Shown in pieces: positions 55,201 through 64,000 of a DNA stretch of 64,000 nucleotides; position 1 is the first letter of the stretch; every line of letters starts with the position of its first letter. A program made the position numbers and the translations under genes. Source of the DNA: Octopus bimaculoides (Eukaryota); contig NC_068983.1 in the NCBI RefSeq assembly GCF_001194135.2, forward strand, positions 117,182,959 to 117,246,958. Direction: 5' to 3'. A model generated the notes under the pieces. The model saw only the letters and a program-made list of their open reading frames with translations, was not told where the DNA came from and did not search any database.

Positions 55201-55379
55201 AAATATTGGATTGAAAATGTTTCAATATATTAGCGAATGCCAATAAAAACTAAACAATATATATGGCTAGAATTAAATTAATGTAAATAAAGTTATAAAT
55301 TTGAATTCTTCTGCTATTGATGACTCTTGACACCAACTTTGTTTTTCAACTACAGCATTTCAGGTCGATGCACAAAATC

Positions 55380-56880
55380 CTATAATCGCAAGAAGAAAGG
55401 CGGAATGTACATTTGGTGCAATGCAGTCAACAGGGGCAGTGCCTGAGATGGGAGGAAAACGTGGTCAGTCGCAGAATCTCATGGAAGGAACTTTGGGCTT
55501 GGGAACAAGCAAGAACAGCCTTCCTGATCAAGTCTACCTTCGACGTTCTACCCTCACCGGCGAACTTAGTTCGATGGAACATAAAAACAACCGATGAATG
55601 TGGATGCGGGGAGAAAGCGACGGTGAGACACGTCCTGTCAAGCTGCAGACTAGCACTGGAAAGGTATACATGGCGCCATAATCAAGTCCTTGGCGTCATA
55701 AGTGCAGCACTCAAGGAGAAGATCGAGGGANNNNNNNNNNNNNNNNNNNNNNNNNNNNNNNNNNNNNNNNNNNNNNNNNNNNNNNNNNNNNNNNNNNNNN
55801 NNNNNNNNNNNNNNNNNNNNNNNNNNNNNNNNNNNNNNNNNNNNNNNNNNNNNNNNNNNNNNNNNNNNNNNNNNNNNNNNNNNNNNNNNNNNNNNNNNNN
55901 NNNNNNNNNNNNNNNNNNNNNNNNNNNNNNNNNNNNNNNNNNNNNNNNNNNNNNNNNNNNNNNNNNNNNNNNNNNNNNNNNNNNNNNNNNNNNNNNNNNN
56001 NNNNNNNNNNNNNNNNNNNNNNNNNNNNNNNNNNNNNNNNNNNNNNNNNNNNNNNNNNNNNNNNNNNNNNNNNNNNNNNNNNNNNNNNNNNNNNNNNNNN
56101 NNNNNNNNNNNNNNNNNNNNNNNNNNNNNNNNNNNNNNNNNNNNNNNNNNNNNNNNNNNNNNNNNNNNNNNNNNNNNNNNNNNNNNNNNNNNNNNNNNNN
56201 NNNNNNNNNNNNNNNNNNNNNNNNNNNNNNNNNNNNNNNNNNNNNNNNNNNNNNNNNNNNNNNNNNNNNNNNNNNNNNNNNNNNNNNNNNNNNNNNNNNN
56301 NNNNNNNNNNNNNNNNNNNNNNNNNNNNNNNNNNNNNNNNNNNNNNNNNNNNNNNNNNNNNNNNNNNNNNNNNNNNNNNNNNNNNNNNNNNNNNNNNNNN
56401 NNNNNNNNNNNNNNNNNNNNNNNNNNNNNNNNNNNNNNNNNNNNNNNNNNNNNNNNNNNNNNNNNNNNNNNNNNNNNNNNNNNNNNNNNNNNNNNNNNNN
56501 NNNNNNNNNNNNNNNNNNNNNNNNNNNNNNNNNNNNTGGACTCTAGCAGCGGGAAATTTAGACAGTGTCACGTGACAACTAGCTGGGGCTGCCTGCTGGA
56601 GCCTAGCAGCAGATATAAAAAGGGGAACTTGACATGACGATCGAAGAGGCCAGGGAATAGAAGAAAGAAGACATGCACCCAACACCAGAGCTGAAGACAC
56701 CTCCGAAAGGAGGGGCCCCGCCACGTCAAAACGGTAGAGGAGTAGGGGCCGAAACCGGACGTGGTTCCTCCTGATGATGTCTTCAGCTAACTGGATCCTA
56801 TAAAGGAGCTGTTGTGGTAGCGGACCACGAAACATGGTTGAAATTCCTTCCTCACCCCAAAACCTACCCAATACCAAAGT
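55380..56880 (+). mobile_element. HERO/NeSL-like (RLE-type) LINE, 5'-truncated; middle in N gap
   Basis: FLIKSTFDVLPSPANLVRW...CGCGEKATVRHVLSSCRLALERYTWRHNQVL (zinc knuckle region); GC-rich structured sequence after the gap, attribution uncertain. Confidence 0.85.
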
Positions 56881-56899
56881 GCAGCTATCTCTCTAGCTT

Positions 56900-57910
56900 T
56901 CAAGTCATTCAAACATTTCCTCTTCGCAATTTTGCCACTTCACAAACCCTATGACGCTTTATACCTGTCGGTGCACTGCCAGTTTTAAGCTAATTATTTT
57001 TGGCAGCATACATACTTCGTTCTAGACCTACGAAAAACAACTGGAAGAGTGACTGAAACTATCCTTTTTGTATATTTCCCCGCTTACCACACTCAAGAAA
57101 AACCTCAATACCCCAAGTGTACCAATTGTGCTGCAGCCGTTCGGACATGTTTAATCTATAACACTCTCTCCTTAAAACCGAATGGCCTTCCCTCAACAGC
57201 GCATCTCTATCCGGTCCGCGATGGCTACTTAATCATACAGCACTCAAGCTTTCCTGCCTCCCAAAATGCTCCCACCTTCAGGTTATTTGCCAATAGAAGG
57301 TTCCCCTCACTTTCCAGAAATCTTTTTTTCTCCACAGATACTGAACAATCCATAGACAAAGATAGAGTAACCAAGCCCGCAACGTATGTCACCACCAGTA
57401 CAATAGCCGCACCTAGAAATGATGAACAACCCAGGACTAGCGACTTGGAGGAAGTATCCGCCGTTCCCAGTACCAACACCACAGATGATGACCAAATAAT
57501 TATCTTCGAGACCGATGAAATGACCGGCCCCACACCATATGTTACCAGGTGTGCGAATAGGACCACATCCTATGTTTGTAAAGCTATTGGATCTGCGAGT
57601 ACTTCTTTCAAGCCACGTTTTCTTAACCACCAGTCATCCTTCAGAGTCCCAGAAGGACGGTTTGTCATGTCCCTGGCCCGCCATGTGTGGCACCTCGAAG
57701 ATCAAAGGACTCTGTGTGATATCAGGTGGAAATTAATCGGTCAGCCGGACCCATATATTAATGGAAGTGGCCGTTGCAAGTTCTGCATCGTGGAGAGAGC
57801 TAAAATTCTGAAGAATGATGCGAAACTTGGCGCGTTAAATAGTTGTAAAGAAGTGTTTTCTAAATGAGTCCACTTCAAGCACTACGTATTGGAAAATTGG
57901 ATCTCCCTGT
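56900..57910 (+). mobile_element. Penelope-like GIY-YIG endonuclease remnant at the end of a 272-codon ORF
   Basis: AIGSASTSFKPRFLNHQSSF...SLARHVWHLED...IRWKLI...PYINGSGRCKFCIVE...LNSCKEVFSK. Confidence 0.8.
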
Positions 57911-58214
57911 GAGCTGATTGCGCCTCTTCGGGTTTATAATGGTTGATTTTTCCTTTGCTTCCGGGGAGAAAACACGTCCTCATTAATGTTTTTTTGTTAA
58001 GATGTATATTTCGATTTCTGAGCGTTTCCTCAAGTCCGCGACGTAGAAATTTTTAATTTTTGTCTGTATATGTAGTCTTACGAGCTGTCCGCAAGGCTTT
58101 GGCTTTGTGGATGCGAAACCTTGAGTAACTTTGTGTCCAAGATGTAAAATTTTGTTGTAACATTTACTGCTCTATTCTTTAGAATGTGCTTATTTCTAAC
58201 ATATGTATTTTATT

Positions 58215-58301
<87 letters not shown>

Positions 58302-58789
58302 TATAATGAAATTATAATAAAGGAGAATAGAGATTTATATTTAGCAGTTAACTACTACTTTTCATTTTCGCACCTGCACATGTTCCTGCAGCAACTAATG
58401 CACACTGCAAAATTTGCATCTTTATGTGAACTTACTATTAGTACCGCTTCCTCGGGATGCAGGCAACTGCATTGTTCGGATAGAATCTAAATTAATTTTA
58501 AGTTCAGCCGAAATAAACGTGGTGTTGTCATTATTTCCAAAATAGCCTAGATCCTGACATTTTCAAAACTGCTGGTTAAAAACAAATTGACTAGCTGTCC
58601 AAGGAATTTTAGCTGTCTGCAGACATAGATCATCCTTAGATGGTGAGTGGCATTATCATCCTTTTCCCTTGTATTGTTACTTCTACTACTCTTATTATTC
58701 TATACATCTATATGTATGTGTGTGTATATATATATATATATTTATTTATTTATTTATTTATTTATTTATAGATATATAACATTGTTAAA

Positions 58790-59790
58790 CCAACTAGCCT
58801 ATGCTACAGTTGCAGCTATTACTGAAGCAAAAGGCATAAAACTAAAAACAAAAACTGCTCAACAGAAGAATACACGACCAAAATGGAAAGAAAACTTAGA
58901 AAAGGATATACAATGCATGAGAGGCGACTATGAATACTGACCGAAATAAGTAACGGAAACCCGGTCAACGAAAGAAAAGCCAAGAAAATATGCAAAAAGG
59001 ATAGGATCAAACAAAAAGAGAAATGAAATATTTGAAGCAAAAGAAAACCTAAGCAAAAACTCCAAGCAAAGGTACAACGACTGTCACGATATATAAAGAT
59101 AAGCAAACAACTGAGACAAAACAAATTATTTAAAGAAAATGGAAAAAAAAAATTACAGGTAACCCGATAAACAACAAATAAATGTTGAGCAACCGCTAAA
59201 GAAAGGGGATATGGAAAATTTCTGGTGTACAATATCAGAAAATGAAAAGCAACATAATGAAGATGCAGAATGGATTAAGCAACAAGAAACACTCCTGAAA
59301 AATAAAGAAGTACAGGAATGAGAAGATATTCAAAAGGAGGAGGTCAACCTGGCCCTGACGCGCTATTCCCGGTGACTTCCGATTGCTGACCATTTTCAAG
59401 GCTAGGTCAACCTGGCTCTGAAAAAAGCCAGCAATCGGAAGTCACCGGGAATAGAGCGAGTACCAAACTTCTGAATCAAACAGCTAGTTGATATGCATGG
59501 AGATATGTCATCAGCATACACGAAGTCATGAAAAACCCAGAAGATAGCCCAGAATTGGTTGACACAGGGAGTGACATACCTAATACCAAAAACAAATGAC
59601 ACAGAAAACCCCAGGAACTATAGACCAACCACCTGTCTACCAACAATGTATAGAATATTAACATCTGTAATCACTAAAAGAACATACACATTCCTAGAAG
59701 AAAACAACCTACTGCCACCAGAACAAAAAGGTTGCCGAAGATGGAGCTACGGATGCAAGGACCAATTGCTGATAAACAATAACAATAAAG
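58790..59790 (+). mobile_element. R4/Dong-clade LINE internal fragment
   Basis: NQLAYATVAAITE...RPKWKENLEK and GVTYLIPKTNDTENPRNYRPTTCLPTMYRILTS...LPPEQKGCRRWSYGCKDQLLIN. Confidence 0.92.
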
Positions 59791-59824
59791 AAATCAAGCC
59801 TGGTGTGTGTGTGCGCGTGTGTGT

Positions 59825-59882
<58 letters not shown>

Positions 59883-59895
59883 GCGNNNNNNNNNN

Positions 59896-59948
<53 letters not shown>

Positions 59949-61529
59949 CGAGAGCATTGCAAACAATGAATGGGATGGATATGGAATGAAAAAATCGCAT
60001 AAATAAAAGCACGTTGAAAACTGTCTTGTACCGAGTATTTAAACTTCTGAATTTGGTAAATATTTCTTTCAGTAAGTTATCACAGTTGTTTACAAATAAC
60101 GAATTAGAACTTGAAATGAAACATTAAAATTAGACAGGGACAGACTTCGGCGTTTTTATGTCAATGCCGGAAGTTGATATTGAAAAAGCTTTTTAGAAAA
60201 ATGAATCAAATATAATAATATTCCAAGGTATATTTGTAGAGGATTTTATTAAAAATATCTATTTTCTGGAAAGTTAAGACGAATCGGTGAATTTTCAGAA
60301 ATTCTCCACCCCTCCTAAAACATTTACCCCACCCTAAAGTTTTATATATTCCAAATGGACATGATATAATACATGATATAATTCATAGAAAAGTTTATTA
60401 AAAAATATTCATTTTTATGAAAGTTATGATCATCGAAATTTGGTAGGTGGGAGGCAGAAATCTGTAGTTATGCCGACAAATTTAACACTTTCCTTCTACG
60501 CATGGTAATATATGTATACAGAAATACGCGAGTGGAGAAGATAGTAAGCAATGCAAATAATTTGGTAACGGAAATTATGTTTCTTTATACGACGGGCAGA
60601 AAGTAAATAAGAAATTTTAACGGAAAATGAAAGTAAGCTAAGGGCTGAAGCGAAATTTGTCACTCTGAACCAAAGAGCCAGTATCGAAAAATCCAGAAAG
60701 AAACCGTCAACAACAGAAAAACACAAGACCGTACGGATTGCAGTGAAATTTATGAAGATACTTCTGTCAATAAATTTTGAAATTACTTACATCAGTAATT
60801 GTGAACTTCTTTCTGTCAGTAATTTGTCGTTTGTTTTAAATAGCAATTCAAATCTTAGACTTACAGTGAAAACAATAACATCGACGTCAAACAATGGCGC
60901 ATGAAAATTGAAAGTGAAAAGAATAGCGTCTGAAAAATGAAAGTGAAGACAAGAGATATAGAGAGATAGATAGAAAGAGATGGATAGGGAGATATACATA
61001 AAGTGATATGTTGCGTTACTGACGCTAGAAAACCGGAAGTCAATATTTCAAAATCTTTAAAAGACGTGAATTTAATATAAAAAGTAATATTTTTATTTTT
61101 AATAATTTTTAATAAAAATCAAATGAAGACCCTATTATATGTCCGAGGTAAAATTATTCATGTATCACAAGTATGGAAGTAATTGGTGAAGACGCTTTCG
61201 CATGAGAAGTGAATACGCACACATCTCTATTTTATACACACATCTCTATTTTAAATATTAAAAAAATGAGACAACAAAGCCAAAGCTGTGTGGAATTTAT
61301 ATGACATTTATAAAGAGAAAGTCAGTCTTACAACTGTTTGTGAGATATTAGGAACATCCCTTCATGAGAGACGATATGTATGTGTGCGTGAGCACGTGTG
61401 TGTGCCGCAAAGAAAGTTATTTTATGGCATTCTTTCGTTTGAAGCAGCAAAGTTGTGAACTCGATCATATATATGGTCGATCATGTGGGAGCATATAATT
61501 ATTCGTTAATTTCCGTAATTTTTTTTATC

Positions 61530-62200
61530 TCGTTATGCTTTGAAGAGGGCTGAAATTGTAAGAGAGGAGAAAATGAAAAGGTGACATTGGATATTACTCA
61601 TGATGATATTTTCTTTACTATTAGTAATGCTTAGCGTCAACAACAATCGCCTCACACTGTTGCCAATGAATCCTCTACATCCAACTTCGGTTAGATAATG
61701 CCCTGTTTTCCAGTCTGCGTTTTCACATTCCATGAGATACTTATAACAATCCGAATAATGCCCATTTTATCTTCATGAGGAACCGTTAACTCGACCAGAT
61801 GTAATACTCTCTTTTTCTCTCACTATATGATAAAATCTGGGTTTTTTCTTTGGACCTGAAGGCAAGAGTGTGTCGATGACCATTGTAGGTTTCTTAGATC
61901 GGTGAAATTGAGGCTATTAATGTCCCTAGCAAACATTTGTTGGCCATCACCTGCGGGGAAGATATGAGCAGGAGGATACACCAGAGAGGTTGGACAGACG
62001 AATGAGGCTGATAGAGGAGAAAAGATGATTGGAGTTAACATGAGAGCGGCGATTCCGAAGAGCAGTAGCCATTATAATAGTGACTATAAGCTTGTGTCCC
62101 AGATACACAGATGTGTTTTTAACTTTATTATAATCAATCAAGCCGCACATTTCTTAATGCGATCGAGAATATCTGCATTAACAATACCGCCACAGACGGG
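61530..62200 (-). mobile_element. HERO/NeSL-like LINE restriction-like endonuclease fragment
   Basis: NPDFII..EKKRVLHLVELTVPHED and ECENADWKTGHYLTEVGCRGFIGNS. Confidence 0.85.
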
Positions 62201-62299
62201 AAAGCAAAGTTTCACTGGTGCTTTATATCTTATCAATAAATTTTGAGTGGGTATTTAAGAAGTGATCTGCTAGATGTTAGGATTCATTCCTACCTATGT

Positions 62300-63400
62300 T
62301 TAAACTATCGCGAGTTTCAATATTTTGAGCGATTTTGAGGTTAAACATAACTAAAACTACATTCATTTTAGCCTGTTCCTTTAATGCCAAGAAATACTTC
62401 AGTTCTAATTGGATGTTTTTTTTTCCTTTAAAGAAAACTTAAATAAGATTCACAAGACTGTACTCCTGCTTCATATCTGACAGCTGTTAGCATACAAACC
62501 AACCCGATAGCATCCGGAATAGGACCAATTGAAAGCTTCTGCGATTCCATCTTTATGTTCTTTTTTTTCTTCTTTTTTCGGCATACAAATGTTTAATCTG
62601 AAAACAAACTATATTGATCTCAAAAGTTACATAAATCCAGTGACTTTCTTGAATACAACCTCACCTTCATCCCAACCCATGAAAATATATTGTTTTCTAG
62701 GGTTTTCAAAGTTATCTATCAGAAAATATCTACAATACGATAAGTAGAAGTAAATAAATATTTGACACACGGAACTGGCAAGCAACAATAGATTCTTTTA
62801 TAATTAAACACAAACACAAGAAAAAACACGTGTGGGTGTGCATGTGCGCGTGTATCTATTTCTAATGCATCAATACACAAACATACACACACACGCACAC
62901 GCATATACACACACACGCACACACACACACACATACGCACACGCACATACATACACCTTTGTGTGTGCGTGTGTTGATGCATTAGAAATATACAGAGTAT
63001 CTAGGAGCATACATTGAATTGACAACCTTATTACTAACAGTGATCAGCGTTCTTGAATTCAAATATTTTCAGGTGAAATTACTCTGAGAACTTGTATCTC
63101 AAGGGCTATTGTTCATTAATATTACCTGCTGTCATGTGGATAATATTCTAACGGACAGAAGATAACTAATTACCTTTATCTGAAGGATTATCTCCTCAAA
63201 GTTGAGTAAGCCATATTAAATGTCACTTACTGAGACATAAATCTGATTTAGAGTAATTTAGTTTCCGTCTTTTGATTTACACACCCATAAGCCCACGTGC
63301 TCGCTCGGACACGAGCGCACACAAATATTTGTGTGTATTGATTCTCGCGTAAAAATCTTAGTTGGTGTCTAATAATATAGAATAAAAATATTCTTCAAAT
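62300..63400 (+). pseudogene. Partial LRR ectodomain remnant E
   Basis: LTAVSIQTNPI 62477-62509, GIQMFNLKTNYI and FLGFSKL in ORF 62529-62747, LTTLLLTVISVLEF 63019-63060, ENLYLKG 63086-63106. Confidence 0.4.
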
Positions 63401-63514
63401 TACATGGCAATTAATAAATATATTAATTTAATAATAATAATTGAATGTTCAATCCATTCGAGAAGCTGACTAAGAAAATTTTAAATGCGGGGTTCGGCTT
63501 GAATGTTCATACGC

Positions 63515-63730
63515 TGACTAAATGAAGTTTATTTTTCACATACTTATCCCCTGCAGTCCACAGATTTTTTTTCCACCTGTGTTTCAGTGCTTGAATCCCA
63601 TTGGTGAAGAAGCCTTCAACCTGGTGGTCAAAAAAAGTCAACATTAGATATAATGGGATGTAGATCGGGTGACTGTGCCGGCAACTCATTCATGAATGGG
63701 TGTTGTTTTCACAGTGATAATGCTCTTCTC
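63515..63730 (-). mobile_element. Mariner 3' fragment related to the 13262-14371 element
   Basis: Reverse complement matches 14200-14320 (ttcttcaccaatgggat.caagcact...aaataaa.ctcatttagtca). Confidence 0.8.
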
Positions 63731-63766
63731 AGTACAGGAGTCGTTCCAGTTAACACGATTTTTTGC

Positions 63767-63767
<1 letters not shown>

Positions 63768-63845
<78 letters not shown>

Positions 63846-63900
63846 GTTATTATTATTCAGTAGTTTTATTCATTATTATTATTATTATTACTACTATTCA
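63768..63900. repeat. (TTC)n-(TTA)n microsatellite
   Basis: Visible directly. Confidence 0.95.
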
Positions 63901-64000
63901 GTAGTTTTAGTTTTATAATGTGCTTTCACTTCACTACCGAGCGCAGCTCTGTGTGCCTTGAGTATGTGTTGTGGTTTGCTGTGATGCTCTTATGGTTACT

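Overview
AT-rich animal genomic DNA from a gappy scaffold. Its SINE families and repeat mix look like octopus (inference). I found no intact protein-coding gene, rRNA, true tRNA or CRISPR array. The window holds dozens of decayed mobile elements: CR1-, Tx1-, RTE-, R4/Dong- and HERO-like LINEs, Penelope-like elements, a Gypsy LTR element, an Academ-type DNA transposon, mariner/Tc1 copies, many tRNA-derived SINEs, and microsatellites. The main result lies in the 'unique' DNA between these insertions. Translated across stops and frameshifts, it repeatedly gives leucine-rich-repeat (LRR), LRR-cap cysteine and TIR-like motifs, all on the + strand and in receptor order. I interpret this as a head-to-tail array of about six heavily decayed Toll-like receptor (TLR)-type genes that the ORF track does not show. 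All motif calls are by eye and need frameshift-aware profile searches.
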